Under the pieces are notes generated by a model. That model was not told the origin of the DNA and made no database searches. It worked only from the letters and a program-made list of their open reading frames with translations. Positions 35,721 through 47,013 of a stretch of DNA of 64,000 nucleotides are shown one piece after another; position 1 is the stretch's first letter, and each line of letters begins with the position of its first letter. Made by a program: the position numbers and the translations under genes. Source of the DNA: Gammaproteobacteria bacterium (lineage in GTDB: Bacteria > Pseudomonadota > Gammaproteobacteria > Arenicellales > CAJQKF01); contig JAUIEZ010000004.1 of assembly GCA_030429665.1 (NCBI GenBank), positions 3,967 to 67,966 of the forward strand, written 5' to 3'.

Positions 35721-36257
35721 TCAATCGTCGCTGGGCGGCGCGAGCCGGGCGCAGGTGACAATGAGCTTCGAAACGTACGTGGAAGCGCCACGCGGCTGCA
35801 GAGCGTCGCCGGCCTGGAGCACGGCGGCGATTCGTGCCTTCAGGTTCTTTCGGTGGGATTCGGTCGGGTAAGACGTCACGCCGGTCAATTCGCGGACGTC
35901 TTCGGATACGGTCGGGTCCGGTGGGAACGCGAGCTCGCTTTCGTCCACCTGCTCCAGCAGTTGAAGCGCGCGTTCAAGGTCGGCGACGAGGGAAGAGTGT
36001 GCCATCTCGTTCTCCTGGGTTGTCCCGGGCATGATAGACCATCCGTTCCGTGCGCGGGTAGTCGGGAGGGCGGCGGGGAAGCAAACGGTCGGTGTTGGTC
36101 GTTGCCCCGGCGTTGCATCGCGGAACGGGCATTCGTCTCCCGGATAGTATCGGCCGGAACGATAGTCGGCGCGCACCACCAGCCGTCCCCGCGAGTCCGT
36201 TACCTCGACATCGAGGGAACTGTCCGGATCATGGCGGATTACGATACGGTTCCCCAT
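35721..36257 (-). CDS. hypothetical protein (178-aa ORF; possibly only a 94-aa product from internal ATG 36005)
   Basis: This is the only plausible ORF in the 35.58-36.46 kb gap. The internal ATG at 36005 has AGGAGA 5 nt upstream. I recognise no family. Confidence 0.3.
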   Translation of the reverse strand: MGNRIVIRHDPDSSLDVEVTDSRGRLVVRADYRSGRYYPGDECPFRDATPGQRPTPTVCFPAALPTTRARNGWSIMPGTTQENEMAHSSLVADLERALQLLEQVDESELAFPPDPTVSEDVRELTGVTSYPTESHRKNLKARIAAVLQAGDALQPRGASTYVSKLIVTCARLAPPSDD

Positions 36258-36461
36258 GGGGTGGCGTGAAACGTGGGAACGGGCGCCGCGGTACTCCGCC
36301 GACAGCAGGTCCTCGGTCAGCCCGTGCAGCGGCGCGAAATTACCGTCGGCGCCGGCGACCTCCCTGTTCTCGTCCGACGCCAGTCCGGTCGGTGCGAGAG
36401 CGAAACGGGCCGCGCGCCGCAGCTTCCGGTCGCGTTCCTAGTCGAACTCGATCGCGACGAC

Positions 36462-39400
36462 TCAGCCGCCGCCCGCCTTTCGGGCAGGCTCCGATCGTGC
36501 CGATGAGGTGTCGACCGCCAGCCATTGCAACAGCTTGGAGAAGAGAGTGTCGGGGTCTACCGGCTTGGAGACGAAGTCGTTCATCCCCGCGGCAAGGCAG
36601 ACGCGCCGGTCTTCCTCGAAGGCGTTGGCGGTCAGCGCCAGGATAGGTACGCCGGTGTAATCGGGCAGCTTGCGAATCTCCCGGGTCGCTTCGAGACCGT
36701 CCATGTCCGGCATTTGCACGTCCATCAAGACAAGTTCGAATCGCTCCCGCTCGGCCAGCGCCACGGCTTCCCGTCCGTTGGTCGCCGGCGTCGCCTGCAA
36801 TCCGGCGCTCTCCAGCAGCTCCAGGGCGACCTCTCGGCTGACATCGTCGTCCTCGACCAGCAACAGGCGCGCATTGCCGTGCTGTCCGGCGAGCAATTCG
36901 GCGACGTCGCCGCCGGTGGTCCGTGGTTTTCCAGCCTGTGCGTCGTCCGATCGCTCCAGGCGCGCGGTGAATCGAAACGTGCTGCCCTTTCCGGGCTCGC
37001 TCTCGGCGCTGACGTCGCCGCCCATCAGCCTTGCCAGGCGTGCGGTGATGACCAGTCCCAGGCCGGTGCCGCCATAGCGCCTCGTGGTGGTGGCGTCGGC
37101 CTGCTGGAACGCCTTGAACAGCGTCGACAGGGTCTCAGGGGGTATGCCGATGCCGGTGTCGGCGACCTCGAAGGAAACGAGCATGCCGGCATCGTCCTCT
37201 TCCACGACACTGGCGCGCAACGAGATCGAACCGGCATCGGTGAATTTCACCGCGTTGCCGGCAAGGTTCAGCATCGCCTGGCGCAGGCGCGTGGGATCGC
37301 CTCGCACCGGGCTCTCGAGCCCGGACAGGCTGACGGCAACCGTCAGTCCCTTCTTGCGCGCGAGATCCTCGACCAGGGTGCGTATCTCCTCGACGATGTC
37401 GACGACGTGGAAATCCTCCTGCTCCAGGGTCAGTTTTCCGGCCTCGATCTTGGACAGGTCGAGAATGTCGTCGATGATGTGCATCAGGTGCGCGGCGGCG
37501 GTATCGATCTGCCGCAGGCGCGATACCTGCTCGTGGTCGCGAATATCACGACGCAGCAAGTGAGTCAGGCCGACGATGGCATTCATCGGTGTGCGGATTT
37601 CGTGGCTCATGTTGGCGAGAAATTCGCTCTTCGCCCGATTGGCGGCTTCGGCGCGGGCGCTGGCCTCGGCCAACTGTCGCGTACGCTCCACCACCAGTTC
37701 CTCCAGGTGGTATCGGTGCCGGTCAAGTTCCTCGCCGACGCGTTTTTTCTCGGTGATGTCCTCCTTGGCGGCCACGTAGTGGGTAATGCGGCCGTCACGT
37801 TGACGCATGGGCGAGACGAGGGCGAACTCGACGTACTCGGTACCGTCCTTGCGCCGATTGCGAAACTCTCCTTTCCACGGAAGTCCGCGGCTGAGGGCGT
37901 CCCACATGGACTCGTAGCTCCCGCGCGGCGTGCGCCCGGAAGCCAGGAATCGCGGGTTGCGCCCGATAGCCTCCGCGCGGGAATACCCGGTCACGCGTTC
38001 GAATGCCTCGTTGACGTACTCGATTTCGCCGTCGAGGTTGGTAATCACGATGCTCTCCGAACTCTGTTCGACGGCCTGGGACAGCTTGTGCAGTTCGGTC
38101 TCGGATCGCAGCCGTTGCATGGTGCGCCAGATTTCGTTCGCCACGAGTTGCAGTGTTTCCAAGTCGATCGCGCCGTAGCGATCCGTTCGACCGGCAACGC
38201 CGGCGAGCATGACGACGCGCGTGTTCTCCACCACCGGTATGATGACGACGTTCTCGAGCATGCCCGCGGCATGGCATATGCGAAGCCCGGCCGCATCGAG
38301 CCTGTCGTCGACGATGGGTTCGCGCCGCCGTACCGCGTCGCCGAATATGCCGGCCTCGGCGACGGCACACACGGCAGGGTCCATGTCGCCGTCGGGCACG
38401 TCGTTCGGGGCGTCGCCCGACCACGTCAACAACTCGATGTGTTGCTCTTCCTCGTCGACGCGGTGCAGGAAGGATACGGGGCTTCGGGTCAGTGTTTTCG
38501 CAAGCGACAATGCTCGCTGCACGTAGGTTTGTTCGTCACTGACTTCGGCGGCGCGCGGCAGGGCCAGCAGTCCTTCGGCACGCTGCGCCTGCAGCATTCG
38601 GGTCTCCTCTGCGGCGACGCGATCGGTGACATCCGCCATGTAGCCTTCGAGATGAGCGGGCGTGTCGTCGGACTCGGCCACCGCGGCGCCCTTTTCCCAG
38701 ATCCAGCGCTGCGTGCCGTCGGCCGTGATCAGTCGGTAGGTGACTTCGAAAAAGCCTTCGCGTTCGAGTGCGGCCTGGATAGCGCTCGCCACCCGCTGCC
38801 TGTCGTCGTCGTGAATTAGCGAGAGATAGTCGACACGCCGATCCAGGTACGCCGCGGCCGGATAACCGGTGAGTTGCTCGATGCCGTCACTGAGAAACTC
38901 GAGCGTGTAGTGTCCTTCGTAGCGGCTGCGATAGACGGCGCCGGGCAGGTTACTGATCAGGGTCGACAGTTGACGCTCGCGGTCGGCGAGCGCCTGCTCG
39001 GCGAGGCGCCGCTCGGTCACGTCGCGCGAGAGCGCGATGAATCGCCTTGGTCGTTCCTGGCCGGCGCCCTTGCGTGCCACCGACAATTCGAACCAGCGTT
39101 CGCCGGGCGGCAGTTCGAGGCGATACTGGTGGCCGTGGCATTCCCCGTGGACGTCGGCCTCGGCGAGCGCGCGGAGTATCGTTTCGTTCACGTCGGCCGG
39201 CAAGAGGTCGGCTATTCGATGCCCGACGATGGTATCGGGTGTCGCCGCCAGTAGTTCCGGGCGCCGCGTGTGAAACCTGAAAATGCGGCCCTCGGCGTCG
39301 ACGTCGAACATGAGGTCGGGTATGGCGTTGATGGTGGCCCGCAACTCGTCTCGGGAAGTTCTCAGCTCCCGCTCGGCCTTGATTCTCTCGGTGACGTCGA

Positions 39401-40820
39401 AAAACGCGCCGAGGAGGTTCTCGCCATCGTCCACCACCGACGCGACCGTGTCGATCACGCGTCCGTCTCGGCAGGTGACCCGGGTGTGTATCGGGCCGAT
39501 AACGCGGGTGCCGTCCTTTGATCTTCTGACCGCGGACATCCAGGTCGATCGGGCCGCTCTACGCTGCCGCGTGTCGGGATAGGCGAGCTTCCACCAGTGC
39601 TCCACCGTCGGGACGTCGGAACTCGAGTAGCCGAATGTCTTCTCGAAGCTCGCGTTGATATCGAGCAGGTTGCCGTCGCGGTCAAGGTAGAAAAGCGGCA
39701 CCGGCGCCACGTTGAACAGCTTGCGAAATCGCGCGTCGCTCTCGTGCAGATCCTCGCTCAGGCTCAACAGCGCGCGCCGCGCCTTGTTGGCGGATTCGAG
39801 CAGCCGGTCCGCCTCGCGCCTCGCGGATTCGGCCGCTTCCTCGGCCAGCTTGGAGCGCGTGATGTCGGTGTTCGTTCCGGTCATTCGCAGCGGTCGGCCG
39901 CGCTCGTCGCGCTCCACCACGCGGCCCACAGACATGATCCAGGTCCAGCCGCCGCCAGGCCGGGCCTGCCGGTACTCGACGTTATAATTGTCCGACTTAC
40001 CATCCAGGTAGTCGTTGAACGCGGTCAGGACGCTGTCGCGATCCTCCTCGTGAATCCGCGCGGACCAGGTCTGAAGAGTTTCCTGGAAATCGGCGCGTTC
40101 CTCGCCGATCAGTCTCATGTACTGCGCGTTGACCATTGCGCGGCCCGTGGGAATGTCCAGGTCGTACAGGCCCTGGCCGGCCGAGTCCGTCGCCAGGCGT
40201 AGCCGTTCCTCGTTGGTGCGCAGTGCCTGGCTATCGCGTTCGCTGCGCAAGCGGTTGCGCAGCAGCGCGGCGACCAGCGCAACCGCAAGCGGATACACCA
40301 GCATCACCGGCAGCGTGATCTGCTCGAGAACGCCGAGGGCGATCTCGAGCGGCAGGGTGAACATCAAGGCCAGCATGACGACATGGACCGTCACGCCGAA
40401 CGCGTAACACTCACCCAGGCTCATGTCGGCGAGATGGCGGTGACGTCTCATGCGCCAGGCCAGGCCGATCGCCGAGCAGCCGACGATCACGAGAATCCCG
40501 GTGACCACGCCGCCCCCGCCGAGGTACATGCGCGTCGCGGCCGTGACCGCGACGGCGACGACGGTCGGCACCACACCGAAGAAAAGGCCCGAGATGGCCA
40601 GCACCACCGAGCGTGTATCGAAAACGATGCCCGGCTGGTATTCCCAGGCGTTGAACATGGTCACCATCCCGATCAGCCCCACGATCAGGCCGATTCCCGA
40701 TAGCACCACGATTCGGTTACCGAAGCTGCGGCCGAAGGCCAGCAGGTCGACCACGACCACCATGAACAACAGCAGCCCGGCATTTTGCAGCAACGCGTTG
40801 AACAGGGTGTCGCTGATCAC
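36462..40820 (-). CDS. hybrid sensor histidine kinase: 5TMR-LYT-type membrane module, multiple PAS/PAC and GAF domains, HisKA, HATPase_c, receiver
   Basis: GTG 40820 ([24 protein letters not shown]...) overlaps the upstream stop (GTGA). H-box [19 protein letters not shown], ATPase G-boxes DTGIGI and GGTGLGL, receiver [13 protein letters not shown]...[13 protein letters not shown]. The track ORF is over-extended to 41279. Confidence 0.85.
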   Translation of the reverse strand: MISDTLFNALLQNAGLLLFMVVVVDLLAFGRSFGNRIVVLSGIGLIVGLIGMVTMFNAWEYQPGIVFDTRSVVLAISGLFFGVVPTVVAVAVTAATRMYLGGGGVVTGILVIVGCSAIGLAWRMRRHRHLADMSLGECYAFGVTVHVVMLALMFTLPLEIALGVLEQITLPVMLVYPLAVALVAALLRNRLRSERDSQALRTNEERLRLATDSAGQGLYDLDIPTGRAMVNAQYMRLIGEERADFQETLQTWSARIHEEDRDSVLTAFNDYLDGKSDNYNVEYRQARPGGGWTWIMSVGRVVERDERGRPLRMTGTNTDITRSKLAEEAAESARREADRLLESANKARRALLSLSEDLHESDARFRKLFNVAPVPLFYLDRDGNLLDINASFEKTFGYSSSDVPTVEHWWKLAYPDTRQRRAARSTWMSAVRRSKDGTRVIGPIHTRVTCRDGRVIDTVASVVDDGENLLGAFFDVTERIKAERELRTSRDELRATINAIPDLMFDVDAEGRIFRFHTRRPELLAATPDTIVGHRIADLLPADVNETILRALAEADVHGECHGHQYRLELPPGERWFELSVARKGAGQERPRRFIALSRDVTERRLAEQALADRERQLSTLISNLPGAVYRSRYEGHYTLEFLSDGIEQLTGYPAAAYLDRRVDYLSLIHDDDRQRVASAIQAALEREGFFEVTYRLITADGTQRWIWEKGAAVAESDDTPAHLEGYMADVTDRVAAEETRMLQAQRAEGLLALPRAAEVSDEQTYVQRALSLAKTLTRSPVSFLHRVDEEEQHIELLTWSGDAPNDVPDGDMDPAVCAVAEAGIFGDAVRRREPIVDDRLDAAGLRICHAAGMLENVVIIPVVENTRVVMLAGVAGRTDRYGAIDLETLQLVANEIWRTMQRLRSETELHKLSQAVEQSSESIVITNLDGEIEYVNEAFERVTGYSRAEAIGRNPRFLASGRTPRGSYESMWDALSRGLPWKGEFRNRRKDGTEYVEFALVSPMRQRDGRITHYVAAKEDITEKKRVGEELDRHRYHLEELVVERTRQLAEASARAEAANRAKSEFLANMSHEIRTPMNAIVGLTHLLRRDIRDHEQVSRLRQIDTAAAHLMHIIDDILDLSKIEAGKLTLEQEDFHVVDIVEEIRTLVEDLARKKGLTVAVSLSGLESPVRGDPTRLRQAMLNLAGNAVKFTDAGSISLRASVVEEDDAGMLVSFEVADTGIGIPPETLSTLFKAFQQADATTTRRYGGTGLGLVITARLARLMGGDVSAESEPGKGSTFRFTARLERSDDAQAGKPRTTGGDVAELLAGQHGNARLLLVEDDDVSREVALELLESAGLQATPATNGREAVALAERERFELVLMDVQMPDMDGLEATREIRKLPDYTGVPILALTANAFEEDRRVCLAAGMNDFVSKPVDPDTLFSKLLQWLAVDTSSARSEPARKAGGG

Positions 40821-43738
40821 GGCGCGATTTCCGCGGATTGATATCGTGCCGGCTGGTCGAGCCGCGCCAGCAGAAGGTTCACCTCCTGCTTGAGGTCCAT
40901 GATGCGTTCTTCGCGCTCGAGGGTTATTTCGTACCAGCGCCTGAGCTCGTCGAGCTGCTCCTTTTCGCGTGCCTCGGTGCTGCGCCACTCGGTCACGTCC
41001 TGGACCGTTCCTACAAGGCGTGATCCATCGGCATCGTCGCGGACGGCGCCTCGGCAGTGGACGCGCCGTCCAGCGCTTGCCGTGCGGTACTCGATTTCCC
41101 CGCCTTGAGCCGCGTCGGCGAGCCCGTCGAGCCACTCGGTGAGAGCGCGGCGGTCCTCCGGGTGGACCAGCTCGACGAAAGCGCCGCGGGTTCCGGCGAA
41201 GTTTTTTTCGTCGGTTCCATGAATTCTCAACGCCTCGGAGGACGCATGGAAGGTGGCCGATTCCGCATCGATGTGCCACGTTCCCACGTGCGCGATGCGC
41301 TGTGAGGTTTCCAGGATGCGCGCCTGTTCGCGAAGCTTCTGCTCGATCGCCTTGCGCTCGGTGATGTCCGAATGCGTGCCGACCATGCGCAAGGGCCTGC
41401 CCGATTCGTCCCGGACGATTACCTTGCCACGGTCGAGTATCCAGACGTACTCGCCGGAGGCGCCGCGCATGCGGTACTCACTGACGAAGTATTCCGATTC
41501 GCCGCGCAGGTGAGCGTCGACGTCCGCCTCGACGCGCGGCAGGTCGTCGGGGTGCACGCGCTCGCGCCATTCGCTGCGTTTCGTGCCGACATCGCTCTCT
41601 CCATAACCGAGCATGTGTTTCCAGAGGCTGGAAAAGTACACTTCGTCGGTGTCGATCCGACGGTCCCACACGCCTTCGGCACTGCCTTCCAGGGCGGACC
41701 CCCAACGCTCCTCGCTTTCGCGCAGCACCTTCAACGTGGCCAGGTAGTCGAGCGCGGCGCCCAGGTCATCGGCCATCACCGTCATGAGTTCCCGCTCCTC
41801 GGAATTGAATCCGTCGGGAGCGGTCGAGTACACGTTGATCGACGCCACGACGCGTCCACGCTCGTGAATCGGCAGCGCGGCGCTGACACGCCAGTTCGGC
41901 CCACCGACGTCGCCGCCCGGCGAATCCGACCAGACCGCGCGATCCTCGCGCACGCAGGTCGCGGTCGGGCCGCGTCCGCGGGTTCCGCCCGGGTTCAGGG
42001 AAATGTCCAGGTTCCCCGCGTACTGGTCCGCACCGGCGCCGTGGGCCGCGACAGGCAGGATGCGGTCACCCTTGCGATCGATGACCCCAACCCACGCCAT
42101 GGCCATGCCGCCGGTTTCAACCAGTGCCCTGCACGTCTCGGCAAACAGCGTGTCACGGTTGCGGCTGCGAATGATGGCCTGGTTGCAGTCACCCAGCGCC
42201 AAATGGAGCCTTGCGCGTCGTTCGATGCTTGCCTGGTCGTCGTGACGTCGTGAGATGTCCCTGATGAACGCCTGTCGGTATTGACGGCCTTCGATGCCAA
42301 GTGTTCGCAGGCTGACTTCCACCGGAAAGGCACTGCCGTCGCGGCGTCGGTGACGGGATTCGAACAGGGCGTCCTCGGGCTCGCCCGCCCGGTGCCACCA
42401 TGACTCCGAGTTGTCCTGTCGGTCCGAAGCGATCAGGTCCTGTATCGTCATTCGCTGGAGTTCTTCGAGCGAATAGCCGTATTCCTGGCGGGCTGCCTCG
42501 TTGGCGTCGACGATTCGGTCTTCTTCGTCGATCAACAGGATGATGTCCCGCGCCTTCTGCACCAGCGTGTCGTAGTGCCGTACCAGCGCAACGCGCTCCT
42601 CGCGTTGATGGTCGATCAGCTGCATCAGCTGCAAACGACGACGCTGGGTGAGCAGTAAGCCGCCCGCCAGCGGCAGGATCAGCGCAACGGCCACTGCGCC
42701 GGAGATCCAGGACAGGTTTCGCCCCAGCTTCGAATCGAGTAGTTCCTTGTCGACTTGCAGCGAGAAGTGCCAGTCGCCAGGGCCGCGCAACGGCCGCACC
42801 ACGGAGACGACGCGCCGACCGGTGTCGTCGACGCCTTGCAACGGATCGTCGAACTCATTCCGCGAAGACAGTGCGAGCGCTTCCGGCGTCGGCGATTCCG
42901 CGATCGATGTGCGCGTGCCGTCGAGGTAGGCGATCGTTTCGCCGTCGCGCCTGAACACCCGGGTGCGGGCCCCTTCGCCGTACGCCGCCTGCGCTTCCGC
43001 TGCCAGCCGCGAGACCGTGCGGAGCGGCACGCTCAAGATCACCACGCCGCGCGATCCCACCGGCGCGGCGAAATCGACGTCCGTGCCGTGTGTCGACATG
43101 TGCACGGCCTGCTCGAACAGCGCCCGCGCGACCGCGGTCTCGCCGGCATAGGCGCCGGGGGCGCCGTCCGAGGCCCACGCGATTCGTGAATCGGGGGCAA
43201 CGAGTCGCAGGCGCTCGAAGTTCGTGGCCAGCGGCGCAACGGCGCGCGCCGCCGCCTCGAGATCGCCCGGCGTATCGGCGGAGTCGATGGATGCCAGTGC
43301 GACCTCGGCCAGCATGCTCGCTTCGCGTCGACGAGACGCCAGCCATGTCTCGACGTCGAGCGCTTCACGCTGCGCCACCGCCGAAAGCTGCGCCAGGGCC
43401 TGGCTGTTGTCCGCATCGACCACGGCCCGCGCGCGAAGGTATCCCACCGACACGATCACGACGACGAAGACAATCACGGTGAACTGGACGATTCGCTCGA
43501 AAACAGCATCGCCGCCGACGCGGCGCAATCCGGCGGCGTGATCCGCCCCGAATCGGCGAAGTACCAGGTAGAGCAGTAGGGAAGTGATCCCGACGAAGCC
43601 CAATCCCTTGAAAACGCTAATCATTGCGGCCGATTTCGCATCGTCCGCAAGCAGCAGCAGCGCGTCGGACAGCAGGATCCACAGCGCGCCCGCGGCGGCA
43701 TAGAGGACCACCACGGTTGCGATGTCACCCGTGGCCAT
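40817..43738 (-). CDS. membrane-anchored multi-PAS/GAF sensor protein with no recognisable output domain
   Basis: Hydrophobic helices flank a ~260-aa extracytoplasmic segment, followed by PAS-GAF-PAS-PAS. It ends in the coiled-coil-like [38 protein letters not shown]. No H-box, ATPase, GGDEF, EAL or HD motif was seen. The start is uncertain (ATG 43738, GTG 43792 or track 43873). Confidence 0.7.
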   Translation of the reverse strand: MATGDIATVVVLYAAAGALWILLSDALLLLADDAKSAAMISVFKGLGFVGITSLLLYLVLRRFGADHAAGLRRVGGDAVFERIVQFTVIVFVVVIVSVGYLRARAVVDADNSQALAQLSAVAQREALDVETWLASRRREASMLAEVALASIDSADTPGDLEAAARAVAPLATNFERLRLVAPDSRIAWASDGAPGAYAGETAVARALFEQAVHMSTHGTDVDFAAPVGSRGVVILSVPLRTVSRLAAEAQAAYGEGARTRVFRRDGETIAYLDGTRTSIAESPTPEALALSSRNEFDDPLQGVDDTGRRVVSVVRPLRGPGDWHFSLQVDKELLDSKLGRNLSWISGAVAVALILPLAGGLLLTQRRRLQLMQLIDHQREERVALVRHYDTLVQKARDIILLIDEEDRIVDANEAARQEYGYSLEELQRMTIQDLIASDRQDNSESWWHRAGEPEDALFESRHRRRDGSAFPVEVSLRTLGIEGRQYRQAFIRDISRRHDDQASIERRARLHLALGDCNQAIIRSRNRDTLFAETCRALVETGGMAMAWVGVIDRKGDRILPVAAHGAGADQYAGNLDISLNPGGTRGRGPTATCVREDRAVWSDSPGGDVGGPNWRVSAALPIHERGRVVASINVYSTAPDGFNSEERELMTVMADDLGAALDYLATLKVLRESEERWGSALEGSAEGVWDRRIDTDEVYFSSLWKHMLGYGESDVGTKRSEWRERVHPDDLPRVEADVDAHLRGESEYFVSEYRMRGASGEYVWILDRGKVIVRDESGRPLRMVGTHSDITERKAIEQKLREQARILETSQRIAHVGTWHIDAESATFHASSEALRIHGTDEKNFAGTRGAFVELVHPEDRRALTEWLDGLADAAQGGEIEYRTASAGRRVHCRGAVRDDADGSRLVGTVQDVTEWRSTEAREKEQLDELRRWYEITLEREERIMDLKQEVNLLLARLDQPARYQSAEIAP

Positions 43739-44008
43739 CGAGGCGGTACTCGGCGATTCGTGCCCGTTCAATGCGTTTTCGGTTGGACTCACGAGCCGGT
43801 CTGTCGTCACATGGCAACAGGGTGCCATCGCCGCTGCCGGCCGGCACCCGGGATCGGTGGAGCGGTTGCGCACCCGGGAGAAACCGCAGCCGCACCCTCG
43901 TCCACCTTCGTGGCATTTTATCGGTAAGGTGAATTATCGGCGCGTTACGGAGAAACATTAGCCTCCGTCAACGGCCGGTCGCGATCGCGCCGCCGCGAAT
44001 CCGGCCGT

Positions 44009-45775
44009 TCAGGCCGGTGCCAGGGGGGCGAGGAGAGCCGCTGCGCCGACCGCCACCAGCACCACCCGCCAACCCGACGGAAGCCGTCGGATAACGCCGG
44101 CTGACACCAGTGCGAGACCGATGGCGACCTTCAGGAAGGCGACGATGGCCGCCAGCGGCGAGTGCTCGAGGGCGATCAGGTTCGGATTGGCCACCATGGC
44201 GATCGGAATCAGGTACAGCCCGAGTCCCAGGCCCATCGCCCTGACTGAAACCTTCAGCCAGTTCTCGTCGACCATGCCGGCGGCGATGAACACGGCGCCG
44301 CAAACCGGCGGCGTGATGGTGGACAGCAGCGCGTACCAGAAGATGAACAGGTGCGCGTCGAGCTGCGGCAGGCCAAGCGCCTGCAGGGCGGGTCCGGCCA
44401 CGGCCACGCAGATGACGTAGGCGGCCGTAGTGGGTACCTCCATGCCCAGCACCAGGCAGGCCAACGCGGTCAGGATCAGCGCCGGCCACAGCATGTTCCC
44501 CGAGGCGGAAATGATCAGCGAGGTTATTTTCACCCCCAGCCCGGTCAGGCCGAGAACGCCGATGACGATACCCGCGCAGAGGATGATCGACGCGATCACC
44601 GCGATCTGCCTGCCGCTGGTGATGCAGGCGTCCTCGAGTCGCGACAGCGTGCGCGGGATGGAGAACCTGAGGTCCGCGTCCAGCAGCAGTAGCAGGAATC
44701 CGCAGAGAATGGCGATGCAGGCCGCGTACTGTGGCGTGTAGCCGCCGAGCAACATGCGCTCGAGGAGCACCGCAAACGGCACGGCAAAGAAGCCGGCGGT
44801 TATCAGGACGGTTCGACTGGCGGGGCGGTCCGCCTCGCTGATGCCGCGCAGCGCGTGGCGCGTGGCGAAACCGTTGATGCCGAACCAGACGGTGACGAAG
44901 TACAGCAGCGCCGGCAGCAGCGCCGCGGCCATGATGCCGGTATACGGCACCCCCGTCAGCTCCACCATGACGAAGGCCCCGGCGCCCATCAGCGGCGGCA
45001 TGATCTGGCCGCCGGACGAGGCCACGGCCTCGACCGCGCCGGCGAGGCTGCGCGGGTAACCGAGCCGCGTCATCGCGGGCAGCGTAATGGCGCCGGTGGA
45101 AGCCACGTTGGCCGACGCCGAGCCGGAAATCGAGCCGAAAAGCGCCGACGCGAGTACCGATACCTTTGCCGCGCCGCCTTTCAGGCGTCCGGCCGCGGCC
45201 ATGGCCAGGTTCATGAACCCCTGGCCCGCCTCGCCGGCATTGAGTACCGCGCCGAAGATGACGAAGATGGCGACGATGTTCACCGAGACGCCGGTGAGCT
45301 TGCCCCAGATGCCGCCCTCGGCGATGGTCAGGGTGCCCAGGAAGCTGGCCAGCGGCAGGCCGGGGTGACCGAATTCGCCGGGCAGGTGCTGGCCGAACAC
45401 GCCGTAGGCGAGCGCGATCAACGCCACCAGCGGCAGCGGCCAGCTGATGGCGCGTCGTGCCATCTCCAGGACGATCGCCAGCAGCGCCACCGCGATCGCG
45501 ATCTGTACCGGTCCGTCGAGGAACCCGTACTGATCGAGCAAGCGTTCGTGATCGAGCGCGATGTAGAGGCTGCAGGCGACGCCCACGCCCGACAGCAGCA
45601 GCCCTGTCCGACGCGCGGCGACTCCCCGCGCGGTGAATACGAAAATCCAGGGCAGGGCGAGCGCCATGTGCAGGGGCCGCGTCACCAGGTTGGGCACCAG
45701 TCCGCTGAAAATCAGCCCGATGTGAAAAGCGATGGAAAGCGCACCGAGCGCTATCCAGACGGCACGGTTGGTCAC
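44009..45775 (-). CDS. TAXI-type TRAP transporter fused permease
   Basis: 588-aa polytopic ORF with fused DctQ/DctM-like organisation. Downstream of the TAXI binding-protein gene. Confidence 0.85.
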   Translation of the reverse strand: MTNRAVWIALGALSIAFHIGLIFSGLVPNLVTRPLHMALALPWIFVFTARGVAARRTGLLLSGVGVACSLYIALDHERLLDQYGFLDGPVQIAIAVALLAIVLEMARRAISWPLPLVALIALAYGVFGQHLPGEFGHPGLPLASFLGTLTIAEGGIWGKLTGVSVNIVAIFVIFGAVLNAGEAGQGFMNLAMAAAGRLKGGAAKVSVLASALFGSISGSASANVASTGAITLPAMTRLGYPRSLAGAVEAVASSGGQIMPPLMGAGAFVMVELTGVPYTGIMAAALLPALLYFVTVWFGINGFATRHALRGISEADRPASRTVLITAGFFAVPFAVLLERMLLGGYTPQYAACIAILCGFLLLLLDADLRFSIPRTLSRLEDACITSGRQIAVIASIILCAGIVIGVLGLTGLGVKITSLIISASGNMLWPALILTALACLVLGMEVPTTAAYVICVAVAGPALQALGLPQLDAHLFIFWYALLSTITPPVCGAVFIAAGMVDENWLKVSVRAMGLGLGLYLIPIAMVANPNLIALEHSPLAAIVAFLKVAIGLALVSAGVIRRLPSGWRVVLVAVGAAALLAPLAPA

Positions 45776-45862
45776 GCGCTTCCTCGTCGCCGGACGTTCA
45801 GGATGCGTAAGGATGAAATCGACCGCGACCGGCGCCCGTGGGGACGCCGGTCGCGCGCGAGC

Positions 45863-46813
45863 CTAGCCGCCCTGCGGCGCGTTCATGCCCGCTTCTTCGT
45901 AGTATCGCAGGGCGCCGGGATGGATCTTGCCCTCGATGTTGGAGAGCAGTTCGGCGGACACGCCCTTCCACCACGCGGCGTCGGCACCCATGGTTTCTTT
46001 CTGCCCCCAGTAGGTTTTCGTCAGTTGGTAGGCGGTCTCTTCGTCCATGTCCGTGGTGGTGTAGACGACCACCGGCAGGGAGGTGGTCACCACGTCCGCG
46101 TCGACGCCGGCGTAGGTGCCCGCGGGGATTACCAGGCGCGTGCGCTTGGTTTCGGCAACCTGATCGTCGGTCAACGAAATCAGAGAAATGCCGGTGCCGG
46201 CGGCCGCCTCGATGACATTGGGCGCCGGGTAGGAACCGGCGGTGACGAAGCCGTCGATCTGCTTGTTCTTCATTGCCGGAACGGCGTTGTCCAGCTCCAC
46301 GTCGGCGAGTTCCACCTTTCCTTCCAGGCCGAACAGCTTCAGGTACTTCTCGCCCTCGCGCGCGCCGAAGGATCCCTTGCCCAGCAAAATGGTCTTGCCC
46401 TCCAGGTCGGCGAAGTTCTCCACGCCGCTGTCGTCCCGTACCACGAAGTGCATGGTCAGCGAGGGAATCGGGAACAACGCGCGGATTTCGTCGAACTTCG
46501 GGTTGCCCTTGCCCTCGAACATCGCCTTGCCCTGCTGGGCGAGACGTACGAGCGCAGGCGGCGTGGTGAACACGTAGTTGCCGCTGCGCGCCGCCGCCTC
46601 CATGACGTTCTGTACCGAGCCCTGGCTTTCCTCCACGGTGACGATGATGTCGCCGCCGGTACCGCGTTTGATGGCCTCCGCCACCTGGACGCCCATCTGG
46701 TAATACGACGACGCCGAGGAGGCGCTCTTGTAGGTGACGCGGGTTTCAGCCTGGACGAGGCCCGCCAGCGAGGCGAGGGCGAGCGCGAGGGTAAGCCGTT
46801 TGAGCATGGACAT
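45863..46813 (-). CDS. TAXI family TRAP transporter solute-binding protein
   Basis: Signal peptide MSMLKRLTLALALASLAGLVQA and TAXI-like body (SYYQMGVQVAEAI, GSVQNV, IHPGALRYYEE). Confidence 0.85.
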   Translation of the reverse strand: MSMLKRLTLALALASLAGLVQAETRVTYKSASSASSYYQMGVQVAEAIKRGTGGDIIVTVEESQGSVQNVMEAAARSGNYVFTTPPALVRLAQQGKAMFEGKGNPKFDEIRALFPIPSLTMHFVVRDDSGVENFADLEGKTILLGKGSFGAREGEKYLKLFGLEGKVELADVELDNAVPAMKNKQIDGFVTAGSYPAPNVIEAAAGTGISLISLTDDQVAETKRTRLVIPAGTYAGVDADVVTTSLPVVVYTTTDMDEETAYQLTKTYWGQKETMGADAAWWKGVSAELLSNIEGKIHPGALRYYEEAGMNAPQGG

Positions 46814-47013
46814 GGATGACCTCCGATCGAAACGTGGTAGGGGATGTGCGGCGCGGCCGCGAATTCTATCTGTTGCGCGGCGCCGGCTGGAACGATCTGG
46901 AGGGCCGGGCGCCGCTTGACGAGTGGCCGATTTTACAGGAGTCGACGGCCGGCCCGCGCGCCGGGCGCGTTCGTCATTCGAAATCCTCGAGCGGGCGCGC
47001 TCACCGTACCCGG

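Noticed and set aside
43814-43827. Sigma-54-like element upstream of the output-less sensor gene. The minus strand reads TGGCACCCTGTTGC.
   Set aside because: The spacer is N4, not N5, so the GG and GC dinucleotides are 9 rather than 10 nt apart. That spacing is normally non-functional. No activator gene is nearby.
46930-46975. GC-rich inverted repeat (GCCCG...CGGGC) downstream of lemA as a terminator.
   Set aside because: The stem is short and imperfect, with no following T-run on the relevant strand. It is not distinguishable from background GC-rich self-complementarity.
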